Below, one piece after another: positions 37,432 through 50,639 of a DNA stretch of 64,000 bases (position 1 is the stretch's first letter; the number at the start of each line of letters is the position of its first letter). Made by a program: the position numbers and the translations under genes. The DNA is from Eledone cirrhosa. Its lineage: Eukaryota. The stretch lies in assembly GCA_964016885.1 (NCBI GenBank), contig OZ024744.1:107880001-107944000 (forward strand), read 5' to 3'. A model generated the notes under the pieces. It worked only from the letters and a program-made list of their open reading frames with translations. It did not search any database and had not been told where the DNA came from.

Positions 37432-37862
37432 ACTATATATTTTCAGCAGTAATACTGTACTACACTATATATTTTCAACAGTAATACTGTACTACACTAT
37501 ATATTTTCAACAGTAATACTGTACTATATATTTTCAACAGTAAAACTATACTATATATTTTCAACAGTAATACTATACTATATGTTTTCAACAGTAATAT
37601 TATACTATATATTTTCAACAGTAATACTATACTATACATTTTCAACAGTAATACTATACTATACATTTTCAACAGTAATACTATACTATATATTTTCAAC
37701 AGTAATACTATACTATACATTTTCAACAGTAATACTATACTATATATTTTCAACAGTAATACCATACTATATATTTTTAACAGTAATACTATACTATACT
37801 ATATATTTTCAACAGTACTACTATACTATACTATATATTTTCAACAGTAATATTATACTACA
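37432..37862. repeat. 27-32-bp minisatellite (ttttcaacagtaatactatactatata), with smaller arrays at 34925-35065 and 35812-35977
   Basis: Direct tandem periodicity. Confidence 0.95.
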
Positions 37863-38069
37863 CAGACGGCTTATCGTCTGTTTATCCAAGCGAAGCTAGG
37901 TACGTCAACTATGTATATATATATCTGGATGCTGTAGAACACGCCAATGGTAGCCGGGTGCCAGCCGGACGGGCCAGCTAGTATATACATATAGTTGTAT
38001 GGTTGCATGAAAATTGCACCCGTAGGCGGTATGCTAGTTGAGCATTCAATGCTCACGCAGAGCATAATA

Positions 38070-38288
38070 CTATAGGGACAAGGAACAAGGATTCAGTGTT
38101 GCATAATCGCATATTTAATAACATATTACATATGTTTCACTATCCATCAGCTCGAGGAATGACCTATTACAGAGTCAGGTTCGATCTATAACAGGTCTTG
38201 CCTCGAGCTGATTGATAGAGAAACATACGTAATGTGTTATTAAATATGTTATGATGCAACACTGAATCCTTATTCCTTATCCCTATAG
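38070..38288. mobile_element. Palindromic MITE / fold-back element (~105-bp arms)
   Basis: ctatagggacaaggaacaaggattcagtgttgcat ... atgcaacactgaatccttattccttatccctatag. Confidence 0.8.
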
Positions 38289-38409
38289 GACACACACATA
38301 CACACATATATATATTAAGTGTTTCTGTAGGAAAGGTAAAGGAAAGGAGAGTGCTCTATGTAAGCTACAGAGCTATTTAGTTATGTAATACACAACATAA
38401 GACAATTAC

Positions 38410-38480
38410 TCCATTTACCAAAGGTTTCACAAAGACAGACGAGCTCGACACAGTCGTCTGAAATCGCTCATCAGAATGAA
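38410..38480 (-). ncRNA. Complete type I hammerhead ribozyme motif with extended stem II
   Basis: Minus: TTCATT-CTGATGA-GCGA..CAGACGA(loop)TCGTCTG..TTGT-GAAA-CC TTT GG-TA-AATGGA; NUH=GTA. Confidence 0.8.
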
Positions 38481-39204
38481 ATTTTATTTGATATGGTTGT
38501 AAGATATGGATTTAAAAACAAAGGCTAAAATAATTGAAAGCGGGGCTGATATATAATATAAAATAAAATAACGGGAGAAAATAGAACGTAATGTAATGGG
38601 GAAAAATAATAAATAAATATTGTACTTACATTTGTATTACTATCTCCTAGATCTAATGATTAATTGATTAATTTAATTAGACAATTCTATTGATTGGTTA
38701 ATTATTTATGTTTGTTCACTAACAGTCTGGTTGAGTGCTTAATTCAGTTTGTGTACGGAACCTATTCCATTGCTTATAATTTGAATTTGACCGCCATAAA
38801 CTGGGGTTAGCTCCCTTTGGAGTAACATGTGCCCTCACAACCGGGCTAGTGTCAGAACGAAAGCCTGTTGAGAAAGTAAATCCACTGTTCGATCTTCCAG
38901 AAACTTAACTTGCATACACTGCAAGCGGATTTTGTTGATTTCGGATTTACAGAAACCTAACTGAGATATTGCAAAATATCGAAGTGATGGTCCAGGTTTG
39001 TTATATATATATATGTATGTATTTTTTCTCGCGAGTCAGTTCTTTCGTTGTTACAGTCCCCGCGGCTGAATTACCGGTCGCTATCTTCAATTTGCAAAGC
39101 CCTTTAAACTGTGTTATTACTCTGAGATTTTATACCTTGGCAGCACTTCTGAATGCACAGCTTAGCTGCGGCTCGAGCTTCGAATATGCTGTGCTTCCAT
39201 TTAT

Positions 39205-39625
39205 ATATCATCATCATATCATCATCATTTTACGTCCGCTTTTCCCTGCTTGCAAGGGTGTGACAGGTTCTATTCAGCACAGCATCTCTCCACTTGTCAC
39301 AATCCTTCGTCATCTCCACCGTGAGCTTCAGCGATCTGAGGTCTGTTCTCACCACCTCCGCCCATGTTTTTCGTGGTCTACCTCTACCACATCTTCCTTC
39401 AACTGGCATTTCCTGACCCATTGGTCATCCTCCATGTGCATCACATGTCCATACCACCTCAGTCGCACACTCTCTCGCACACTACATTCTATCCCTCTCA
39501 ACACATCCATGCTGGGTCATTCTCGCACATTGACACTGCACATCTCCAGCCGTCGCATATCCTCTGCAGTTGCTGCGCATGTCTCACTACCATGCAGCAT
39601 CACGCTCCTCACACAGGCATCAATG
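39205..39625 (-). mobile_element. RTE 3' fragment
   Basis: MLHGSETCA, GRGRPRKTWAEVV and tail. Confidence 0.85.
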
Positions 39626-39654
39626 CCAAAACAACTATAAGCACAGCAACAAGT

Positions 39655-39692
<38 letters not shown>

Positions 39693-39819
39693 CACAACCA
39701 TATATACATACACACACATACAATCACATACATACACACACATATAAAAGATACAACCATAAGCAGAAATCAGGATGTATCTAAATAAGCAGACAGGCAA
39801 AAAAAAAAAATAATAATAA

Positions 39820-40010
39820 TAATTGCTTCTACATTTGACACAAGGCCACCAATTATCCCAGTGTATTACTGGTACTTTATTTTATCGATCCCATAAGGAT
39901 GAAAAGCAAAGTTAACCTCAGCTGGATTTGAACTCAGACCACAAAGGGCCGTAACTCTTTGCTGCAAAGCATGGCGTCCGATCCTCTACCAATACTGCGA
40001 ATCCACCGAC
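39820..40010 (-). mobile_element. Nin-like SINE copy
   Basis: Reverse complement of the consensus. Confidence 0.9.
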
Positions 40011-40708
40011 AACAAACACTGTTGGACAAAAACAAAACCTTACATAAGAGGGGTAAATAGAAATATATATATATATACATATACACACTCATGCAAACAC
40101 ACACATAATTACATACATACCTATTTACATATATATATGCTCGTACAAGGACATACATAAAAGCATACGCACACATATGTTTACACACATATATATATAT
40201 GAGATGACCCCTTAGCCTTTGTCAAGGCAGAATTCTAGGAGAAGGAAAACTCTGATATAACACGTGCAACCCTGATGGTATCCAATGATGTTGACTTATT
40301 CTTCTTTTTGGTAAATATTATCTTGGTTAAGAGAGTGGGACTGGCTTTGTGCAGTGCCTTTGCTCAATATAAAAGCTCCACGGCACAGGCATTGCTTTAT
40401 ATCTGGAGATCTCTCTGCACTTGTTGTCACATGGTGCCATGGGCCCAGCACTATGTGTCAATAATTGTCACAGGTGTAGTGTTTGTACCAGAGTTTTGAA
40501 GTCGCTGGCTGGACTAAAAAGTCACACTCATTCAGCGCATCGGTGGGGGTTCTCCTACATGGATATAAAGTAGTGGCCGTACTCGAAAACGAGTTGGCAG
40601 CCACCATATATATATATATATATACACACACATATATACACATGTATATACATAAATATACACACACACACATACATATATAAACATAAACATATACACA
40701 CATATATA

Positions 40709-40750
<42 letters not shown>

Positions 40751-40838
40751 AAAAAATAGCTCAATGTAAATACATGAGATGTTTTACAGAGCCGGAATAT
40801 AAATTACAGAATAATCAAAGCTATGTTCAAATCATTTT

Positions 40839-40889
40839 ATTGCTGACAATCATTTCTTACAAACTATTGTTTGGAATCATCGGAGCAGT
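40839..40889 (-). ncRNA. Degenerate minimal type I hammerhead motif
   Basis: Minus: ACTGCT-CCGATGA-TTCCAAAC AATA GTTTGTAA-GAAA-TGATT-GTC-AGCAAT; core U4 changed to C. Confidence 0.6.
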
Positions 40890-41339
40890 ATCAATGTTTG
40901 TACATATAGTTAACCTCCTATTCAACTGAACAATCATATACATACATGGATATTAATGTCAACAACAGTTTCGTATTTACAGGTGGAATGGATGCAACAT
41001 AGATTACAAGAGAATTGTACAATAATTAAAATTAAAAATTAAAAAGGTACAGAGTGGAATGCAAGCGACAGAGATTATAAGGGAATAGTATAACAATTGA
41101 AGAGGCATTAAGTCAGAAAGTTACTCGTAAAACGAGGACACTAACAGTACATATGCAAGCGTAAAGAGAGTGCAAATGCATTAGTCATATACAGGAAGGA
41201 AACAAGCAATGGTATTAGGCATATATAATTTCACATAAAATAAGCATATCAGACAAAGCTGTTTTTGTATTAAAACTGTGTTTATGGTGGATGTAGTGTG
41301 ACTGTTGTTTCTGTAATGTTCAAATGTATATGTGCTTCC

Positions 41340-43203
41340 AGCTGTCTGACAGGAACCGACTGGATTTTCCAAATGTGCCAATCTGGACATGGCAAACCAC
41401 ATTGGGTCATCCAGATCCTATCTAGATAGAGTATTCTGTAGGGAAGTAGAAAGGGATAGAATAGGTTGCTCACAATTTCAATTAGTTAAATACACGGACC
41501 ACAAATTTGTGACATGTGTAGTGGATCTAGATAGACAGAGACCCGTTTACTGGAAGCTAAACACCTCATTCCCAATGTACAAAGCCTACAGAGACTGGAT
41601 TAGTGAACTAGTTAAGCGGGCATTGACGGGGGCAGTCGTCAACAACAAATGGCGGTTTAATTAAAGTAGAATCAATAAGATTTCGCAAAGCCGTAGCAAT
41701 AGAGAAAACTAGAATAGAGAGGGAACTAGTGAAAAAACTAGAAGAGGCAATTAACAAAGGCATCACAACCAACATTCTTGCAGCGAGATTGGCCCTAGAC
41801 CAATTCTTCAATGCTAAGCACAAAGGTTGTGTGGTCAGAGCTAAAGTGTGTGCTCTTAGGCATGAGGGGACAAAAGCCGTTCAATGGGCCCATATGGCAG
41901 AGGTGCACCATGGCAACAAAGCCACAATTTGATATCTGGAACACCACGACAGGCACATGATACTTGATTCCAAGCAGATGTGTGCAACTTTTCAGAAACA
42001 CTTTAGCCGACTGTTTGGGAGCGGTGGCGGGCCAGATTGTGAGATGGACTTCACAATGGCTTGCTGCAGAGTGTTGCAAAAAGCCAATAACAGCCGTTGA
42101 GCTACAGGAAGCATTAGCTGACTGCACGAGGGGAAAATCGCCTGGATTAGATGGTTTACGAGCTTTATGTTTATATGCCAGACTTGTTTTGTGATCTTTT
42201 GGCAGACATCTACTGCAACTGGCAGCAGAATGGGAGATTTTCCCAGTTCTGTGAGCCGTGGAGTGGTGGCACTGCTGAGAAAAGACCTAAACAAGGGGGA
42301 CAATATAAATAATTTTAGGCCCATAACTCTGTTAAATGCGGAGTTGAAAATGTTGGCCAAGGTGTTAACAATGAGGTTGGCACTTGTCGTTGGTGGTCTC
42401 GTAGGGGAGGTACAGACATGTGCTATTCTCAAGAGATCCATCTATGACAACCTCCATCTCATGTGATACATCATAAAGAGGGTGGCTAAAGAACCTGGCA
42501 TGGATGGGGCACTGATCAACTTGAATCAATCCAAAGCGTTCGATAGGGTCAACCATTGGTACCTGGCAGTGGTCCTCAAAGCAGTAGGCTTTGGGCTTGT
42601 CTTCAGAAGCTGGATCGCTGCTACGCATAGTGACATCTGCTTTGTGGTCAGATTGAACGGTCACCTCTCGGAACTGTTCAACATCATATGTACGGTCCAC
42701 CAGGGTTGTCCCCTCTCGTCCTTGTTGTATGTATTGACTCTTGAGCCACTACTACACAAATTAGAGACGTTGAGAGGCATCCCACGTGAACTAGGACATG
42801 GAAGATCTGTGTCAGCTTATGCTGAGGAGGAAAATCAGCGAAGAGGGAGAAGTGCTGCCTTCAAAGCAATTTGTTGAAAGGTGAGTGTGAGAAGCAAGAA
42901 TGGCCTGAGTGAATGGGCCCACTCTGAGTGTAATCCCGTAGATTGGAGGAGTACAACTAGGACAGGGCACTTACCTTAAAGATCAGAACATCTGTGGTTT
43001 TATGGTTTTTTCCACAAATGACCCTCAAACGTCTCCTCCCTATTGAGGAACCTTCTTTGATTTAATGTTATTGTTATCTTTTCTTTTAACATTGTTAGAA
43101 CCCACACACCAACATACCCACACACACATACACTCTTTTTTTTTATCCTGTACTGTTGTAATGTTTTTCTTGATGTAAACCCTTTGTGGTTGATAAAGAA
43201 ATC
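41340..43203 (+). mobile_element. Tx1-like LINE, truncated with internal deletion
   Basis: SYLDRVF, TDHKF, YWKLN, KSPGLDG, NFRPITLLN, QGCPLS, YA; jumps to the 3' end at ~42825. Confidence 0.9.
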
Positions 43204-43215
43204 ATAATAATAATA

Positions 43216-43418
43216 ATTGTTTCTATTTTTGGCACAAGGCCAGCAATTATCCCAGTGTATTACTGGTACTTTATTTTATCGACCCCCCCCCCCCCCCCCG
43301 TAAGGATGAAAGGCAAAGTTAACCTCGGCGGGATTTGAACTCAGACCATAAAGAGCCGTAACTCTATGCTGCAAAGCATGGTGTTCGACACTCTACCGAT
43401 ACTACCAATCCACCGCCC
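43216..43418 (-). mobile_element. Nin-like SINE copy
   Basis: Reverse complement of the consensus. Confidence 0.9.
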
Positions 43419-43433
43419 TAATAATAATAAAAC

Positions 43434-43475
<42 letters not shown>

Positions 43476-46400
43476 GTGCTGAATCTCTCGAGACGTGTGT
43501 AACTACACTCCATCTCTTCCACCACCAACAAGACCAATGGAGAGCATGCCCCTTCCCGATATTGCTAAATTGGACAAGGAGTGCGTTGAGGCCGAAGGAT
43601 GGAAAACCATCCCAGCAAAAAAAAAAGAAAGGAAGAACTCCCTACCTTCGCCCCCCCCCCCCCCAAAGAGGAAGAAAGAAACCAAAAAAAGAAAATGAAA
43701 ACGATCCCACCTCCACCACCATCAACAGCCACACCCCCACAACCACCTACACCATCACCATCACCATCACCATCACCACTACCACCACCACCACCACCAC
43801 CGCCGCCGCCATCCTTAGCATCTACCCCATTGTCACCTCCAACAACAGCACACCAAACACAGAAAGCCATCGTCAACAACAAATGGTGGTTTGCTCTGAA
43901 AAAAGCGATTAGAATGGAGTCCATTAGGTTTAGTAAGGCGTTAGTAAAAGAGAAAAATAGAGCAGAGGGAGAACTAGTTAGAAAATTAGATGAGGCGCTT
44001 AGTAAAAGCATCGCAAACGACGTGCTTGCAGTAAAATTGGCCCTTTACCAATTCTTCAATGCAAAGCACAAAGGCTGCTTTGTCAGAGCTAGAGCACATG
44101 CTTTCAGACACGAGGGGATGAAAGCCATTCGATGGGCCTGAGTGGCAGAGGCACATTGTGGAAACAAAGCCACGATCCGGTCTTTGGCGAACCACACCAG
44201 GCTCATGTTACTCGATCCCGGGCAAATGTGTGAAACTTTTCAGCAACACTTCACTCAGCTCTTTGAGGACAGCAGCGAGCTGGATCGTGGAATGGACTTT
44301 AGTGCCTAACTCGACGGATTGCTGCGGTTCTCGGCCACTGAGGCAGACTTTTGCGAAAAGCCGATAACAGCCGCTGAAGTACGGGAGGCAATGACTGGCT
44401 GCACAATGGGTAAATCGCCTGGTTTGGATGGTCTGCCCTACGAACTTTATGTACACATGCCAGACTTGTTCAGAGACCTCTTGGCAGACGTCAATTGCAA
44501 CTGACAGCAGAACAGGAAAATTCCCAGCTCTGTGAGCTGAGGAGCAGTGGTGTTGCTGAGAAAGATTTGAAAAAGGGGGATAACATAGATAATTTCAGGC
44601 CCATAACTCTGCTGAACACAGAGTTCAAGATTTTGGCTAAGGTGCTTGCAAAGAGGTTGGCGTTTGTCGTCGGTGGTCTGGTGGGAGAGGCACAGACATG
44701 TGCCATTCCAAACAGATCTATCCACAACAACCTCCACCTCATGTGATACATCGTGGAGAGGGTAGCTAAGGAACCTGGCATGGGTGGGTGTTTGATCAAT
44801 TTAGATCCGTCGAAAGCTTTCGATAGGGTCGACCATCGTTATCTGGCAGCAGTCTTTAGGGCGGCTGGCTTTGGGCCCGTCTTCAGAGGCTGGATTGCTG
44901 CCATGCACAGAGACACCTGCTCTCTGGCGAGAGTGAACAGTCACCTTTCGGAACCATTCAACATCATGCGCTCGGTCCGCCAAGGATGTCCCCTCTCGTC
45001 CCTGTTGTACGTATTGACTCTCGAGCCATTACTGCACAAACTGGAGACGTTGAGGGGCGTCCCGTGCGAACTGGGATGCGGAAGAACCACACTAAGAGAA
45101 TACGAGGCGGTAACAGGAGCAATGACTAACCAAGAAAAGTTGGTGGGTCTGCTGCTCAGCACCTGGAGAGGCAGGTCCATACCGTCCAATAGCGTCGTCG
45201 GGTGCTGGACGGACGGACCGGTTAAATTGCTAGGGGTCTGGTTCGGTCCTGACCTCCAGACGGACAAAAATGGGGATGAGGTGACGAGCAGCGTGGTCTC
45301 TCTCACCCAGAAATGGGCCGAGAGGAAGCTTTCCCTGAAAGGTTGAGCGGAGGTGGCGAATGCATACATAGCGTCCGTCATCTACTACTGCCTGACCATC
45401 GTGCCTTGTCCTAAGCCTCGCCTGACTGCGCTGGAGCGTTTGCTCTTTCGCTTTTTGTGGAAGGGACGCGCTCCGATGGTCAGGCGGTCCATCTGCTGTC
45501 AACACCCGCTACACGGAGGGCTGGGCATGCCGTGGCTGATGATGCGCATACATGGGCTCAGGCTACGACATCTCCACCTCTTCCTCAATGGTGATCAGGT
45601 GTGGTTGCCCTTTGCTAGACGCGTGTTTCTCCAGCTCGTCTCCTTGACGGAGCTGCAGTCCTGGGTCAAGCAAAGACCGAGAGGGAGCGCTTGGAGACAG
45701 GAATGTCTTCAGACGCTCACAGCCCTCGACCAATCGGGCAATGTGATCGGTGGAAACTCCACCTTGGCGTTCTATAGAGGATTAGTGGAGGGAGAGAGCG
45801 ACAACGTTTTTGGGGAGACTGTGGGCATCAACGAAAATCAACTAACCAATCTCTTCAGGAGAACTTTCGGGCTGGGGCCTATGGAAAACTTCCAGAAATC
45901 CCTGGCCTGGCACTGCTACAGAGGAGCCTTGCCAGTTCAGGATAAACTCTACAAGCATGGAGGTGCTGTCAGCTGGGCATGTCCGAGATGCGCGCAGAGC
46001 AACGAAACCATCCTGCACGAACTCATCCAGTGTCCGACCATTGCTGACTTGTGGGTTTATGTCGAACACCTGCTGTCGCATGTAGGACGGATCCGGCTAT
46101 CAGCTGAGTCCATCGTGAGGATTGCCCCGCCTCCTTCCTTTAGCCAGGAAGAGCAGGCAGTTTTTATCTGTCTGGTGGCCATGGTAAAAGAGATCACACG
46201 GTGGACGTGTTTGAAAGGGTTGGAGACGGGTACTTTCCTCTTCGGTGACGCCCTCATTAACTTTTTCAGGTTTTACCTGAAAAAGAAAATCAGGGTGGAG
46301 AGGGAAGTGCTGCCTTCCAGCCAGTTTGTTGAAAGGTGGGTGAGAGAGGCAAGAATGGCCCGTGTGAATAGGCCTACCCTAAGCATGTGCCTGTAGCACC

Positions 46401-46575
46401 ATAGGAGGAAAACTGGAAGAGGGCACTTGCCCTAGTGGACAGAGTAACCGTGGCTTTTTTGTGGGCTTTTTCATTGTTTCTTTTTTTTTTACATCCTCTG
46501 TTTTTGTTTTTTTTACACACAGAAGTGTCCATTTGTACTGTCCTGTGATGTCCTTAATGTTATAAAGAAAGCATT
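43476..46575 (+). mobile_element. Tx1-like LINE (Pro-rich 5' piece joined to ORF2; APE deleted)
   Basis: RT motifs plus 347-aa C-terminal ORF (GGLGMP, CPRC..ETILHELIQC); 3' UTR. Confidence 0.9.
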
Positions 46576-46577
46576 AT

Positions 46578-48085
46578 GGCATCCATTGGTCTCGAAAAGC
46601 CATGTATCTGCGCCTGGAGAATTTTGTGTCAGCTGCTGATAGTGGTGCAGTGTCAGCAGTACAGGCCTACACGGGAGTGACAGTCCTGTATACAGCAACT
46701 TTGAAGATGTTCTCCTCCAGTGTTACTGTGTTGTTCTTTTTTAGCACACAAGTTTCAGTTTCTCCTCCCCTCACTCCATCCCCTTGCGCAGTACTCAACT
46801 TGTTAAATAGCGACCTCCTCCCATCTCTGGGTGTCCAGATCAATTGACTTTATATCCCTCCTGCCGATGTTTTTAAATTAGAGATGAAGTAATTCTTGTG
46901 TTCTTGTGCCAGTGGCCAGTTCCCCATACAGTAGGACCTTTGGTATCCTGCCATCTGGCATACGATGTACATGACCGAGCCAGCACAGACAGCACTGATT
47001 GGGTTTCTTGGAGTGGTTGAGGACTTCGGTGTTGGTGGTCAGGCTATGAAGGTGAAAGACATTGAGGCACCATTCCTGTCTGGAGTGGAGGCTCCATGTC
47101 TCCCTGTCGTAAAGTTGTGTGCTGAGGACACATGCCTTGTAGATTGCAATCTTGGTGTTTGTAGATAGTTTTCTGTTCTCCCAGATTCCCTTCATCAGCC
47201 TAGCAAATGTAGAGGTTGCTCGTCCAACTCTCGAGGGAGAGGTTCTCAGTGATGGAAGAGCCAAGGTAGATGAATTCGTAGACCTCCTTCAGCTCATAGT
47301 TGTTGATGGTGATGAAGGTGGTGGTGGTGATACTGCTTGAAACTTTTGCCCAGTACATTGGTTTTCTTTAGACTAATGATGAGGCTGAATTCCTGGCAGA
47401 CCCTCAAGAGTTTGTTCATGAGAAACTGCATTTGCTCCTCAGAGGGCGCTGCCAATGATGTGTCATCTGCAAACAGCATTTCTCTGATGAGTACCAGATG
47501 AACCTTGGATTTTGCTTTCAGCCTTGATAGACTAAACAGCTTTCTATCTGATCTGGTGTGGAGGTAGACTCCTTCAGTTGATGTTCCAGATGCATGTTTT
47601 AGCATGACTGTGAAAAATATGTTAAATAGAATGGGGTTAGCACACAGCCCTGCTTCACACTACTGCATATGTTTAATGCCTCTGAAGAGCCATCAATTGG
47701 AATGACACCTTTCATATCTGCATGAAACAATTGGACTATCCTAAGAAGTCTTGGAGGACAACCAATCTTGGCAAGGATGTTGAACAAGCCGCCTCTACTA
47801 ACTAGATCGAATGCCTTCGTGAGGTTGATGAAGATGATGTAGAGTGGTTGCCTTTACTCTCGACACCTATCCAGTAGGGAGAAGATCATGTTGATGATGG
47901 AGCATTCTGACCTGAAACCACACTGAGATTTTCTGTAGTCTGTTCAAGACCATACGGGCAAAGACCTTCCCAACAATGCTTAGTAGTGAGATGTCTCAGT
48001 AGCTTTTGTAGTCGCTCCTGTCCCCTTCGTTCTTATAGAAGGTGACAATGCTACAGTCTCTCATGTCTTGTGAGACTGTTCCCTA
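46578..48085 (-). mobile_element. RTE (BovB-like) LINE fragment
   Basis: VKQGCVL, EMLFADD, ISLKKT, WLGHVHRMPDGRIPK.LLYGEL. Confidence 0.9.
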
Positions 48086-48780
48086 TTTATGGATGTCTGT
48101 GCTGGAAGGTGTTTATAACAGAGCTTATCACTAAATCAGAAAGAAGTCCAGCAAGGTCTCTCCATTTGTATTTAGATCAGGGTCGCCATTCCTTTTAATC
48201 TCTCCTTTCCATGTTGGATGGTGAGGGCCAACACAACCAACAGGTTATATGACTCAGTCTTAACTACATCTAATGCTGCAGTGACTTCCTCAAGGAAGGA
48301 CCTGTAGTCAAACTCCTTGTTTGGTGTATAAACTTGCACCACCCACAGAGACATATCTTTCAACCTAAGCTTCAAGAGGTAAATCCTCCCTATAACACAT
48401 TCTGACAGTCAGGAACTTGTGAGTATCCCCACTCCCGCCTGTGCAGTCATTTCTGGTACCACACCTGAATAGTTGAGTTTTCATCCTCCATCCAAATCTA
48501 CAATATCAGACCCCCGGAACTTTGATGAGGAAACCATGAGTATATCTACCCGATAGCACCTAGTCTCCTCCACCAGTTCTTGCTGCTATTTCTGTTTACC
48601 CTGTAAAGGTTGTAATGTTCCAGTTACCAATTGTCAAACTTTGCTCTCTCCTGGACCTTCTTTAGTTCTTGGTATACATAATCTTTGTGCTTCCATCTCA
48701 TACCTCCCAGGGCAAGTCACAGGCCCATTGCAAGTTCTTGGAGCATTGGATGGAGACTGCAATCAAATCTGGTGGTCGTA
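48086..48780 (-). mobile_element. RTE-like 5' region and endonuclease fragment
   Basis: WNITT..ELVEE, AGVGIL, VQVYTPN. Confidence 0.7.
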
Positions 48781-49087
48781 TTGTTATCTGCCACTTGCGA
48801 CATATTCTCTAGCAGAACAACTCTGCTGAGAAAGAATACATAACAAATAGACAAATATTTTTAACATGTTTATAATGAAGAAAGGATATTGTCATGAAGA
48901 ATGCCATACCTACTAGAAAGAAATATATTCTTTTAGTATTTGAACCTGACTAGATAAAATGGTAATCCAGGCATGTACTACATATATTTTATATATATGT
49001 TATTTTGTTTATATATCATTTTCTTTACATATTACACTAACTATATGTACCTGTCACTGCTTTTTATGAACTTTTTTGACAACTTAA

Positions 49088-49307
49088 CCCTTTAATGTTC
49101 AAACTGGCCAAAACCGGCCAGAATTCTCTACCTTTTTCTGTTGAAACTGGCTGTAACCGGTCGCTCAAACTGATGTTAAGGTATTGTTCTCAAAATAAAT
49201 ACTTTCAAAATCTCATAGATTTGATATTATGTGAGATAATTATGCGAGGTAAAGCCTTTACCATGAAAATATAATAGTATATATAGAGTAATGTGAACGC
49301 TAAAGGG
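49088..49307. mobile_element. piggyBac-type MITE
   Basis: TTAA|CCCTTTAATGTTCA ... TGAACGCTAAAGGG|TTAA: imperfect TIRs with TTAA TSD. Confidence 0.8.
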
Positions 49308-49624
49308 TTAATTAACAAATTTTATTCTACCTATGTAAAGAAAAATAACAAAATTCTAAATAAATAAACAGTACATAAACCTGTTCACTAAAATCTAATG
49401 ACAGAAATTATAAATAAAGTCTTGCATGACTTTTTAAAAAATTCGACATCCATAGCAGGACTTTGAATCTTACTGCTTGCTGTATGCTAAATGGTTTTGA
49501 AAAGAAATGTAAAAGTGTTTAGACCATGAATCCTGGCTAACACTGTAAGAATATGTCACAGATTTTACAGACAAAATTTCATGTGCATGCATGCATATAC
49601 ATATACCATATATATGTAATATAC

Positions 49625-50132
49625 ATAATGACTTCCTAATTATTGCAGGAGATTTTAACGGACACGTAGGTAAACACTGTGACGGCTTCTATAGAGTCCA
49701 TGGAGCCCACAGGTTTGGCACACGAAATGAAGAAGGCTTCAGGCTTCTAGAATTCTGCAACGCCAATGACATGTCGATATGTAACACAAACTTCAAAAAA
49801 CCCGACAACCACCTGATCACCTATAGATCAGGGGAGCATTCTAGTCAGATAGATTTTATACTTATCAGAGGACGTGACAGATGGACGGTCGTAAACACAA
49901 AAGCCTTCCCTAGTGAAGAATGTACCTCCCAACATAACTTAGTTGTCAGCAACCTCACAATCAGAACTAGACGAACCTGGAAACAGAGGCCAACCTGGAG
50001 AAGAAAGATCTGAAAGCTGAAAGACCCCTCAGCCAGTAACAGATTTAAAGACGCCTATGACAGTAAAGAAGAACAGATAGAGACATTCAATGTAGAAGAG
50101 CACTGGGAGTTCCTAAAAAATAACTTACTAAA
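49625..50132 (+). mobile_element. RTE endonuclease fragment
   Basis: AGDFNGHVG, SICNTNFKK, SQIDFIL, SQHNLVV. Confidence 0.9.
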
Positions 50133-50390
50133 GACCTCGCACCCACGACTTCCACCTGTTCCCAAACATGAAAAAAGATAGGACCGAACAACACTACGTC
50201 ACAGATGATGATATCATAGATGTGGACACCTAAGTGGAGGACTGAACTAAGGAGTTTTACTTCAGCAGGATCCAGGCACTTCAGCATCAGTGGAAGAAGT
50301 GTGTGGACTCAAAGGGAAAAATAAAACAAGAAAATATTTGTATATTCTACTGTTTCTTGGAGGCTCAAAACTCTTCAGTCACGCATCATA
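50133..50390 (+). mobile_element. Tc1/mariner transposase 3' end and right terminus, decayed
   Basis: DLAP.DFHLFPNMKK ... FY..IQALQHQWKKCVDSKG. Confidence 0.7.
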
Positions 50391-50639
50391 TATTATTTAT
50401 GTTCATACACAGAACAAGAAAGTGCTATGTTAGGTCTCAAGGTCCAGTTATGACCATCTCCCTAAACTGTGTACAGTGGTGCAGAATACGTGGATGAGCA
50501 ATCAGAACCTAGTCATCAGGCACTGGGACAAGTTTGAAAATACCATTAGATGAATAACGAGCTTAGCATTCCAGCTGCATCGCCAAACTGATGAAGTCCT
50601 GTGTCAGTGAAACACTCTGGAACTTCTGGAATTCTGAAA

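Noticed and set aside
50582-50625. Hammerhead-like CTGATGA..GAAAC
   Set aside because: Stems I-III do not pair convincingly; at best a highly decayed relic
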